Source of the DNA: Campylobacterota bacterium
Lineage (GTDB): Bacteria; Babelota; Babeliae; Babelales; RVW-14
Direction of reading: 5' to 3'
Length of the DNA: 64,000 nt
NCBI GenBank assembly: GCA_020633995.1
Contig: JACKCO010000003.1
Location: 585,503 to 649,502 of the forward strand
The first letter of the stretch is position 1; each line of letters begins with the position of its first letter. A program made the translations under genes and the position numbers. Shown in pieces: positions 9,297 through 17,471 of the stretch. The notes below the pieces were generated by a model. The model did not search any database. It was not told the origin of the DNA and worked only from the letters and a program-made list of their open reading frames with translations.

Positions 9297-10388
9297 ATGA
9301 GATGTATTAGAGTTGAAAATGTATCTAAGTCCTATGATGGTGAGTTAGTTCTTGATAATCTCAGTTTGGAGATTCCAGCGGGGCAGTTTTTTGCATTGCT
9401 AGGACCTAGCGGGTGTGGTAAAACAAGTTTGCTTCGTCTCATTGCAGGCCTTGAAACCGTTGACTCGGGAAAAATTTTTTTAGGTGATGACGACATCACT
9501 CATCAGCCGATTTACAAGCGTCGTATTAATACTGTTTTTCAGCAATATGCGCTATTTCCTCACTTAACAGTTGCTGAAAATGTTGCGTATGCTCTACGAA
9601 TCAAAAATGTTACAGAAAAAGAAATTAGCAATCGTGTTCGTGAAGCGCTTAAGATGGTCAGGCTAAGTGGATTTGAGCAAAAGCATCCGCGAAACCTGTC
9701 TGGAGGGCAGCAGCAACGTGTTGCGATTGCACGGGCCATTATTAGCCAACCAGACGTCCTGTTGCTTGATGAACCGCTCGCAGCGCTTGATCTTAAGCTT
9801 AAAGAGCAGATGCTGATCGAGTTGAGTGAATTGCAAGAAAAATTGCAAACAACTTTTGTTTATGTGACGCATGACCAATTTGAAGCATTGACAGTAACTG
9901 ATCGTATGACGATCATGAATGTTAATGGGCGTATTGAGCAAATTGGCACGCCCAAAGAAATTTATGAATTCCCAGCATCACGCTTTGTAGCGACATTTGT
10001 GGGTAGTACGAATATCATTGAAGGTGTGTTTAGACTCGAATACAACGAGCAATTGCTCGAGGTTGAAGGCATTGGCATGTTTAAAGTTTATTTTTCTGCT
10101 CAGAAACCTTGGATGATTCCTGGATGTCGTTTATACATGAGTATTCGTCCTGAAAAAATATTGATTAGCAAAAAAGAGATTGCAGGCTTTTCAAATCACC
10201 TGAAAGGCATTGTGGTTGACCGTGTGTACCATGGTCGTTCTACTCAGTACCGTGTTAAGCTGAAAAATGGTAGTCTGCTGATTGTATTTGAACAGAATGA
10301 GGAACACTTCCCGCACGAAACAATTGACTATGATGATGAGGTAAATCTCTACTTTCAAAAAGAGAATATTGTTTTGTTGGAGCACTAA
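9297..10388 (+). CDS. potA: Spermidine/putrescine ABC transporter ATP-binding protein
   Basis: Walker A GPSGCGKTS, signature LSGGQQQRVAIARA, Walker B LLLDEP, and a PotA-type C-terminal regulatory domain. Confidence 0.9.
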   Translation: MRCIRVENVSKSYDGELVLDNLSLEIPAGQFFALLGPSGCGKTSLLRLIAGLETVDSGKIFLGDDDITHQPIYKRRINTVFQQYALFPHLTVAENVAYALRIKNVTEKEISNRVREALKMVRLSGFEQKHPRNLSGGQQQRVAIARAIISQPDVLLLDEPLAALDLKLKEQMLIELSELQEKLQTTFVYVTHDQFEALTVTDRMTIMNVNGRIEQIGTPKEIYEFPASRFVATFVGSTNIIEGVFRLEYNEQLLEVEGIGMFKVYFSAQKPWMIPGCRLYMSIRPEKILISKKEIAGFSNHLKGIVVDRVYHGRSTQYRVKLKNGSLLIVFEQNEEHFPHETIDYDDEVNLYFQKENIVLLEH

Positions 10389-11272
10389 TGAAATTTTTGA
10401 CAAATATTTTTGTCGAGGAACCTCCATTTTTGTTTGCATGCCCTGCACTTATGTGGCAGGTACTATTTTTATATTTGCCGCTATTTGTTTTAATGCTTCA
10501 TAGTTTCTCTTTTTTTGATCCAACCACGTACACTATTACTTTTACTTTTCAATTTTACCGGCAGGTTTTGAATTGGCTTTATTTTAGCATCATTGTTCGG
10601 TCATTTATTTTGGCATGCGCGACATCGGTGGTAACGCTTTTAGTAGCCTACCCTGTTGCCTATTTTCTTGCCATGAAAATTCCTAAGCGCTTTAGTCCAA
10701 TTTTGCTCTTTTCGTTACTGCTACCTTCATGGATAACAATTGTAGTACAAATATACGCCTGGTTTTTCTTCCTTGGTAGGAATGGACAGCTGAGTTATTT
10801 TTTATATAAAATTGGTATCTTTTCTCAGCCGTTGCACTTGTTGAATAATTATTTTGCGGTTTTAGTTGGCATGACTTCGTTTTTTTTGCCATTTATGATT
10901 TTGCCCATCTATGCAGTGCTTGAAAAAATGGACAAGAGATTGCTAGAAGTTTCAGCTGATTTGGGGGCAAATAGAATGCAAACTTTTTGGCGCGTTATTT
11001 TTCCATTATCGCTGCCTGGGGTATATGCGGGTCTTTTTCTAGTATTTATCCCTGCATTTGGCGAATTTGTCGTTCCCGCAATGCTTGGCGGGGGAAAGTA
11101 TTTGCTGTGGGGCAATGTTATTGTCGACAAATTTCTGCGTATTAGAAATTGGCGTGCAGGTTCTGCGGTTGCTGCAATGGGAATTGCTTGTATGATTTTA
11201 GCGCTGATAATTTTGTATCTCTTGCTTCGACTGATACGCTTGTTGAATAAAAAGTCATCACTAGCTCGGTAG
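10388..11272 (+). CDS. potB: Spermidine/putrescine ABC transporter permease
   Basis: Six-TM BPD-type permease with an EAA-like loop (LEVSADLGANRMQTFWRVIFP). TAATG overlap with potA. Confidence 0.85.
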   Translation: MKFLTNIFVEEPPFLFACPALMWQVLFLYLPLFVLMLHSFSFFDPTTYTITFTFQFYRQVLNWLYFSIIVRSFILACATSVVTLLVAYPVAYFLAMKIPKRFSPILLFSLLLPSWITIVVQIYAWFFFLGRNGQLSYFLYKIGIFSQPLHLLNNYFAVLVGMTSFFLPFMILPIYAVLEKMDKRLLEVSADLGANRMQTFWRVIFPLSLPGVYAGLFLVFIPAFGEFVVPAMLGGGKYLLWGNVIVDKFLRIRNWRAGSAVAAMGIACMILALIILYLLLRLIRLLNKKSSLAR

Positions 11273-11281
11273 GAGAAAAAA

Positions 11282-12079
11282 ATGATGACTGAGCCTCAAA
11301 AAAGCTTTTTTAAGCTTTTACATCCTTTTTATGTAGCTTTTGTTTATCTGTTTTTGTATTTGCCCATTTTGATTATGGTGCTTTTTTCATTTAATGATTC
11401 GGCAGACTCTGTCCACTGGGTGGGGTTTTCACTTCGGTGGTATCGCAAGTTAATCAATACTCCTGAGATTTTGAATGCACTTAAGGCGTCACTCATCGTA
11501 GCCGGCTTTACTACGGTGATCAGCGTTGTATTGGGAACATGTCTTGTGATGGCAAGTAAATGGTGGCGATCATCGATATTGTTTAACTTTTTTTATGCAA
11601 ATGTCCTGCTACCAGAGCTTATTTTGGCCATTAGTGTTTTAAGCATATTTACCTTTTTTCAAATACCTGTTGGTTATGGTAGTCTGATTACCGGCCATAC
11701 GGTACTTGGGCTTGGTTTTGTTATACCTATTGTGCGCGCACGGTTTATTGAGCTTGATCCAATGCTTACCGAAGCTTCGCTTGATTTGGGTGCGACGTAT
11801 CCTCAAACGGTTCGTAAAGTGGTTCTACCACTTCTTAAGCCATCTTTGATTGCTTCCGCTTTACTTGTTTTTACACTATCGATGGATGATTTTTTGATTT
11901 CATTTTTCTGTTGTGGGCCTGAGGTACAAACACTTTCTGTGTATGTGTATTCTATGATTAACATTAGTATTGATCCAACGATAAATGCTGTCTCTGCGGT
12001 GTTTCTGGCGATTAGTAGCTTGTTGGTTCTGCTTTTGTCGTCACTTAAAGTCATTGACCAGGTTATAACGTATGAATAG
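11282..12079 (+). CDS. potC: Spermidine/putrescine ABC transporter permease
   Basis: BPD-type permease with loop EASLDLGATYPQTVRKVVLP. Lies in the operon between potB and potD. Confidence 0.85.
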   Translation: MMTEPQKSFFKLLHPFYVAFVYLFLYLPILIMVLFSFNDSADSVHWVGFSLRWYRKLINTPEILNALKASLIVAGFTTVISVVLGTCLVMASKWWRSSILFNFFYANVLLPELILAISVLSIFTFFQIPVGYGSLITGHTVLGLGFVIPIVRARFIELDPMLTEASLDLGATYPQTVRKVVLPLLKPSLIASALLVFTLSMDDFLISFFCCGPEVQTLSVYVYSMINISIDPTINAVSAVFLAISSLLVLLLSSLKVIDQVITYE

Positions 12080-13181
12080 TGGAAATTTTTTTGTAAGTGC
12101 AATGCGTAAGTTTTTTATAGTAATGGTATATTTTGCGATACTTGCAGGATTTCTCTATTTTCCGGTACTTAAGGATTTTCTTCGTAGAGATGTTACGCTG
12201 AATGTTTATGTTTTGCCTGATCGCATATCATCACAGGCCATCAAGATTTTTGAACGGCATACGGGCGTCAAGGTTAACGTCAAATTTTTTGAATCAGATG
12301 AAGAGCTTTATGCAAAGTTTAAAATTACTGGCGGAGAGGGTTACGATGTTGTTTTGGCATCAGATTATACGGTGCACCCTTTAATCAAGGACGGTATGCT
12401 GACAAAGCTTGATCATGAAAAAATCCCTAGCATGAGAGAGCTGAATAAATTGCTTGTTGGCAAAGACTTTGATCCGCATAACACGTATTCACTTCCCCTT
12501 GGTTGGTTAGTGTATGGTGTTGTTTTCGATCGCAAACTTATTGTTGACCGAGATCTAATAGATGGTTTCGAGTTGCTTTATGCCAACCCTGCAGAGCTAG
12601 TCAAAAAAGGGATAGTGAAGAAGTCGTACAAGATTGCAATACCCGATGAGCCGCGGGAAATCTTTATGATGACGGCCCTGTCGTTGTATGGACGGGTAGA
12701 TGGTTTGCGTGATAAAAATTTAAATGAAATACAGAATTTGTTAATTAAACAGCGTGCATGGGTTGAGAGTTACTCTTTATCAAATATGCCACATTTTTTA
12801 TTGAGTGGTGTTGTGCCGGTAGCACTTTTCCCGACAGTCTATCTCAAACGTATATCAGGTGGCGCAACAAGCTTTGAATTTGTTGTGCCTAAGCAGGGTG
12901 GGCTTATGGTTCTTGAAAGTCTTGCGATTACTCGTACATGTAAAATTCCAGAACAAGCACATCAATTTATTGATTTTATTTTGTCGGAAGACATTGCCCG
13001 TATTCATGCTGAGACGTACAACTACTACGTTTCAAATCAAGTAGCGTATGGTTATCAGCGCGAGTTACTGGGGCCAGACCTTACTCCAGATGACCAGACC
13101 CTCGATAGGCTTTATTCCATAAGTCAGTATGTTCCGCTTGAAGTTATCGAAGATATTTGGCTAGCAGTGCGAGGCTCGTAA
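12072..13181 (+). CDS. potD: Spermidine/putrescine-binding periplasmic protein
   Basis: N-terminal anchor followed by a PotD/PotF-like substrate-binding fold (YDVVLASDY, GWLVYGVVF). Overlaps potC by 8 nt. An internal Met is an alternative start. Confidence 0.85.
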   Translation: MNSGNFFVSAMRKFFIVMVYFAILAGFLYFPVLKDFLRRDVTLNVYVLPDRISSQAIKIFERHTGVKVNVKFFESDEELYAKFKITGGEGYDVVLASDYTVHPLIKDGMLTKLDHEKIPSMRELNKLLVGKDFDPHNTYSLPLGWLVYGVVFDRKLIVDRDLIDGFELLYANPAELVKKGIVKKSYKIAIPDEPREIFMMTALSLYGRVDGLRDKNLNEIQNLLIKQRAWVESYSLSNMPHFLLSGVVPVALFPTVYLKRISGGATSFEFVVPKQGGLMVLESLAITRTCKIPEQAHQFIDFILSEDIARIHAETYNYYVSNQVAYGYQRELLGPDLTPDDQTLDRLYSISQYVPLEVIEDIWLAVRGS

Positions 13182-13205
13182 ATTATTTAAGAAAAGTGAG
13201 GATGC

Positions 13206-14459
13206 ATGAATCGAGTTATAACGCGCTTTGAAAAAATTAAGAGATTGTTTTTGAACAAAGAGGGGTACTTTGAAGAGGTTATACGTGAGTTTGAAAACAA
13301 AAAATCTAAGCGCTTATACCAAGAAGCATCACAACTTTTGGCCAAGGCACGAAATGAACAAGAAAGACTTAGTGAGCTTAAGCGGGTCATAGAGCGGGAT
13401 GATCTTGCAGGAGTCGATGAGTTCAAGGCCTTGTTAAAATCTTTCAAGAAAAATTACAGGGACTTAGTTGCTATAACCAAGCCGTTTTGGAAAGAGCTTC
13501 TTGAAGAGTTAATTATCCCACTTGCAATCATTATCATTTTACAAATGTTTGTTTTTGGTCTGTATCATGTTCCTTCCGGTTCGGCTGAGCCAAATTTGTT
13601 GGTGGGTGACCGCATCTGGGGAAATAAGACTGCCTATTACTTTAACCCCGTGCAGCGTGGCGATTTGGTTTTGCTTGATAACCCAGAATTTGTCTATGAC
13701 AAGTCAAGTAAGTTCAAGTATCTCTGGCAGCGGTATATTGGTATAGCAGTACCATTTTTAGGGATAGCAGAGGGGCCAGAGGTTCCAAACATGGTTAAAC
13801 GAGTTATAGCCATCCCCGGAGACACCATTGAAGGTAGAGTTGATGAAAACAATCACCCCGTTATTTATTTGAATGGTGAAGTGCTTAAAGAACCGTATGT
13901 CAATCAGCATCCACTGATTGTACTTAAAAAAACAGCTGGCCTGATAGATCAGTCCTGGGTGCCTTTTTTTAAGGTTCCAGATTTTATTCGTAGGCAGGAA
14001 AAGCTTGTTCGTTACACGCACGATATTACTCGTCCATATGATAAGCAGCCTTACTATTGCGTTGAAGAGGATGAAATAAAAACAAAGCCTGGCAGTAATA
14101 TGCCCATTTTGATTCAGCCAAATACTTCAACATCGAGTAGCGCGCTACTATGGGGAAGCGTTCAACGCATTAATCGTGATATCTTTGGACCCATTACTAT
14201 TCCTGAAGGAAAATATTGGGTTATGGGAGACAGTCGCAAGAATAGCGCAGACAGCCGTTGGTTTGGCTTACTAGATAGAAGTTTGATTTATGGGCGTGCG
14301 AGTTTTGTTTTGTACTCGGTTGATAGTGAGGAATCGTTTTGGATTTTTGATTTGATCAAGCATCCGGTTGCTTTTTGGACCAAGCATGTGCGATGGAATA
14401 GATTCTTTAAGCCGTTGTGGACGTACAATAGATGGAAAGGTTCAAAGACTGAGGAATAA
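13206..14459 (+). CDS. lepB: Signal peptidase I with a long N-terminal cytoplasmic extension (paralog 1)
   Basis: Box B SGSAEPNLLVGDRI, box D VKRVIAIPGDTIE and box E GDSRKNSADSRWFG. The single TM sits about 100 aa from the N-terminus. Confidence 0.85.
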   Translation: MNRVITRFEKIKRLFLNKEGYFEEVIREFENKKSKRLYQEASQLLAKARNEQERLSELKRVIERDDLAGVDEFKALLKSFKKNYRDLVAITKPFWKELLEELIIPLAIIIILQMFVFGLYHVPSGSAEPNLLVGDRIWGNKTAYYFNPVQRGDLVLLDNPEFVYDKSSKFKYLWQRYIGIAVPFLGIAEGPEVPNMVKRVIAIPGDTIEGRVDENNHPVIYLNGEVLKEPYVNQHPLIVLKKTAGLIDQSWVPFFKVPDFIRRQEKLVRYTHDITRPYDKQPYYCVEEDEIKTKPGSNMPILIQPNTSTSSSALLWGSVQRINRDIFGPITIPEGKYWVMGDSRKNSADSRWFGLLDRSLIYGRASFVLYSVDSEESFWIFDLIKHPVAFWTKHVRWNRFFKPLWTYNRWKGSKTEE

Positions 14460-14465
14460 AAAAGC

Positions 14466-14490
14466 GGGGCTGGGAAAAAACCCGAGCCCC
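14466..14490. terminator. Bidirectional terminator hairpin between the convergent lepB and Nudix genes
   Basis: ggggctggg aaaaaa cccgagcccc stem-loop, flanked by an A-run upstream and a T-rich tract downstream. Confidence 0.6.
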
Positions 14491-14533
14491 ACTTTGTTGA
14501 GGTTGAGAGCTTAGATAAATCCAAGCTTTTTTA

Positions 14534-15667
14534 TTACCTTGAGCTACGGCCTTTTCTGCTTGCTCTGGCATCGCGTGATCTACCACCGCGACCTTTGCTA
14601 CGACCGCCACTACGACTGCTTCGTCCTCCACCGCGACCACGACGAGAACCGCTTCTGTCACCTCTACGGCTTTGTTTTTCCATTCGTCCGCCTCGGCGAC
14701 CACCACGACCTCTGTCATGACGTCTTGGTTTATCACTTTCTTCTTCTGAGTCAGCATCTTCGCTAATCTTTTTAATGTTAGGATTTACAGAAAGAAAACC
14801 TTTGATCATCTTTTTACCAGCATGCTTATTGAATTTTTTGTAAGCATCAATAGCCATTTGTTTGTGATCTTTTGCAAACCATTCTGAATCAGGGATAGCT
14901 TCAATTTCTTCAAGCGTTGCAATGCGTACCTGGCCAGCTTCAGCAGTCTCTTTTGGAGTGTCTGACGTGATACCCGCATAGCAGAATGAGACGATATGTT
15001 GGCGAGCATCACGATGAGGATCGTCATAGACACCAATTAACTTGGTACTTTCAACAGGAACGCTAATCTCAACTTCTTCTGCCGCTTCGCGAATACCGCT
15101 TTCTACTGCAGTTTCAAAGTATTGAGTAAAGCCGCCAATTGGAGCCCATTTTTTATCTGCCTTACGTTCGATAATGATTAAGCCTTCAACCTTGCCTGTT
15201 GCTGGGTTCATGTAAAAAGTAAGCAAATCAGTCGCAGTGTAAGGACCCTCTTGGGTTGTTAGCATCCAATGAAAGGGTTCTGTAAGTTTTTCAGCAATTT
15301 CTCGGAATTGGTGATGCACTGCCAGGTAACGCATAACATCGTTAAATGAACAATCATAGCGTCCAATCGTTTTGCCTGGAAATTCATGTTCAAGTTCCTT
15401 TTGAAGATCTTCAGATAGCTGATTTTGGTCGATTGACTCTAAAAATTGTTTTACTGGACCTTTTTTGAATTCAAGTAGTAAGTTGCGAAGTTCTTGGAAT
15501 TTGTCGTAGGCGTATGATGTGCCGCGTTCTGCAGCACTTGCTTTGGCAGCATCAAGCTTTTTTTGTCCCAGTTCTTCAAGCTTTGCATTGAAAGTTACTT
15601 CAGCGTGTGCAAGGCCTGAAGTACTCAGTAAAAGACCTACTAGAAACAAATATCTTTTGGAGTACAT
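14534..15667 (-). CDS. Exported Nudix hydrolase with a C-terminal Arg/Gly-rich (RGG-like) tail
   Basis: Start chosen at MYSKRYLFLVGLLLSTSGLAHA (RBS gagagagga). Nudix box GFTQYFETAVESGIREAAEEVEI. The last 64 aa contain 23 Arg and 17 Gly by my count. Confidence 0.8.
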   Translation of the reverse strand: MYSKRYLFLVGLLLSTSGLAHAEVTFNAKLEELGQKKLDAAKASAAERGTSYAYDKFQELRNLLLEFKKGPVKQFLESIDQNQLSEDLQKELEHEFPGKTIGRYDCSFNDVMRYLAVHHQFREIAEKLTEPFHWMLTTQEGPYTATDLLTFYMNPATGKVEGLIIIERKADKKWAPIGGFTQYFETAVESGIREAAEEVEISVPVESTKLIGVYDDPHRDARQHIVSFCYAGITSDTPKETAEAGQVRIATLEEIEAIPDSEWFAKDHKQMAIDAYKKFNKHAGKKMIKGFLSVNPNIKKISEDADSEEESDKPRRHDRGRGGRRGGRMEKQSRRGDRSGSRRGRGGGRSSRSGGRSKGRGGRSRDARASRKGRSSR

Positions 15668-15889
15668 AATATCCTCTCTCGGAAATGGGTTTGACCTATG
15701 GTTAACTATCATAAATATGCCACAAGTTTATTAATAATTTCAATTATTTAATATTTTTAATCAGAGTTCGTCTTACATGTATCGTTGCCATTCTTTAAAA
15801 CGACCAAAAAAACCTTGAAAAAAGCCCGATTTTACGGCATGATTGAGTGGTAAAATGTTATATTACAGGTTTTAGGGAAGGATTATAAC

Positions 15890-16036
15890 GTGGGACAAAT
15901 AGGTAAAGTCGGCAAAAAGAATGTTTCTAAATGGACTAGAACCAAGCGTTTGAGCTGCTATATTTGTGTGCTCATGTCCCTCTCTCTGCTAAGCACGGTT
16001 TTTCAAAACCTTTTCATGATGCGCTTTGGCGCATAA
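15890..16036 (+). CDS. Candidate 48-aa small membrane protein (below the ORF-track cutoff)
   Basis: GTG start after gggaagga. MGQIGKVGKKNVSKWTRTKRLSCYICVLMSLSLLSTVFQNLFMMRFGA has a basic N-terminal half and a hydrophobic C-terminal half. Extended -10 tgttatatt at 15856-15864 and a hairpin terminator downstream. Confidence 0.25.
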   Translation: MGQIGKVGKKNVSKWTRTKRLSCYICVLMSLSLLSTVFQNLFMMRFGA

Positions 16037-16090
16037 TTTCCGATATATCTCTCGACACTTTTGTTACTCGTATTTAGTGCTATTTTTGTT

Positions 16091-16132
16091 TACAATGCAA
16101 GCAGCATTGTAGGCTTGTTTTCTTTCTATTTT
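16091..16132 (+). terminator. Hairpin plus T-tract just upstream of the permease RBS (terminator or attenuator)
   Basis: Perfect 8-bp stem tacaatgc/gcattgta with a 5-nt loop, followed by ggcttgttttctttctattttt. Confidence 0.4.
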
Positions 16133-16148
16133 TATAAGGAGTTTTCTT

Positions 16149-17453
16149 ATGTCTTCGCATACAAAAATATCGTTTTGGAGCGGTGTTTTAATGACTTTGA
16201 ATATTATCATCGGTGCTGGTGTGTATGTTAGCTCTCAAAAAATGGCCGAAATATCTAAAGATGCAAGCTTTTTTGGCTGGGGCGTTGTTGGGCTTTTGTT
16301 GTTACCCCTGGTATGGAGTTTCTCTTATTCGACAAAAATATTCACCGGCGAGGGGGGTGGCTTTTACCAATATTGTACTCGCGGTATTAATGAGACTGCC
16401 GGGTTTTTGGCGCATTGGTTGTATGTGCTTGGCTATATAGCTGCAGATGCTGTACTCGTAGTGGTTGTCAAGGATGAGCTTGCAAAAATTGAAGGATGCT
16501 CATTTTTTGCTGATTACGGCTTTTTGACGAGTGTAGGTCTAATTCTTGTTTTCTCGCTGCTTAATTTAATTGGTTTGCAAACGATCAGCAAGATACAGAG
16601 TTATGGTACAGTACTAAAAATAATCCCATTATTAATGGTTATTGGTTGGTTTATTTTGCACCCTAATATTGGAACCATCAATATTGCCACGCCAGACCTC
16701 ATGAGTATCCGCTATACAATTCCAGTGGCTATTTTTGCATTGTTTGGAACAGAAGCTTGTTGCAGTATTACTCATTTGATGGAAGGGGGGCAAGCACAGG
16801 CATCAAAAGTTATCTTTACTGCATTTGCCCTTGTTATGATCCTATACACTTCTTTTCATCTGGGCTTGGTAAGCATGATGGGAGGTTTTGGTCTTGCAGA
16901 TTATGGAACATCTCAATTCCCACAGTTTTTTGAATTCTCTGGTCCGATAACAGCTTTTTTACAAACATTTGTTGGTTTTGCGATTCTGTTTAGCATGATT
17001 AACACGTTATTTGGCATCATGCTTATGAATGTTACTAACTTGCAAACGCTTGCGGACAAAAAATTACTTCCGGGATCAGATGCATTGGTGAAAATGAATC
17101 GCCACCACAGGCCTGTAAGGCTTGTTTGGTTGCACGCTGCAGTGTTGACTGTTTTGGTTGCTTTCGTTTCTAATTTAGGAATCTTGATGGCATTGACCAG
17201 CCTTGGCCTGTGTGCTACGTACTTGCTCAATGTCGTAGCTGTTTTGAGAACGTCATGGTTGAAAAAAGCATACGTTGGATTTGTGGGCTCACTACTTGCA
17301 ATGGGATCGTGCGGTGTTTTGATGTATTACAGTTGGATCAAAATTCATGATGATGTGTTTACGCGATTTGTATACGCATCTCCAGTTATGCTTGGGGTAG
17401 TGCTTGGGCTTGTTTTATATAAAGTGGCAAAAAGCCGTCATGTACATGCATAA
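16149..17453 (+). CDS. APC-superfamily amino acid permease
   Basis: About 12 TM segments. The N-terminal block FWSGVLMTLNIIIGAGVYV is typical of APC transporters. Strong RBS aaggag. Confidence 0.8.
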   Translation: MSSHTKISFWSGVLMTLNIIIGAGVYVSSQKMAEISKDASFFGWGVVGLLLLPLVWSFSYSTKIFTGEGGGFYQYCTRGINETAGFLAHWLYVLGYIAADAVLVVVVKDELAKIEGCSFFADYGFLTSVGLILVFSLLNLIGLQTISKIQSYGTVLKIIPLLMVIGWFILHPNIGTINIATPDLMSIRYTIPVAIFALFGTEACCSITHLMEGGQAQASKVIFTAFALVMILYTSFHLGLVSMMGGFGLADYGTSQFPQFFEFSGPITAFLQTFVGFAILFSMINTLFGIMLMNVTNLQTLADKKLLPGSDALVKMNRHHRPVRLVWLHAAVLTVLVAFVSNLGILMALTSLGLCATYLLNVVAVLRTSWLKKAYVGFVGSLLAMGSCGVLMYYSWIKIHDDVFTRFVYASPVMLGVVLGLVLYKVAKSRHVHA

Positions 17454-17471
17454 GGTTAAAAGGACAGTATC

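Noticed and set aside
15668-15712. Longer N-terminus for the Nudix-RGG gene (track start 15712), and likewise the track starts at 27167, 35275 and 43469
   Set aside because: In each case an internal ATG is preceded by a good RBS and begins directly with a canonical signal peptide. The extra upstream residues (for example MIVNHRSNPFPREDI) look like read-through of the 5' UTR.
15713-16148. Riboswitch or T-box leader upstream of the amino acid permease
   Set aside because: I looked for conserved cores (T-box AGAGA/specifier plus T-box sequence; lysine, glycine and SAM motifs) and recognised none. Only a generic hairpin and T-tract is present. Left as an open question under findings.
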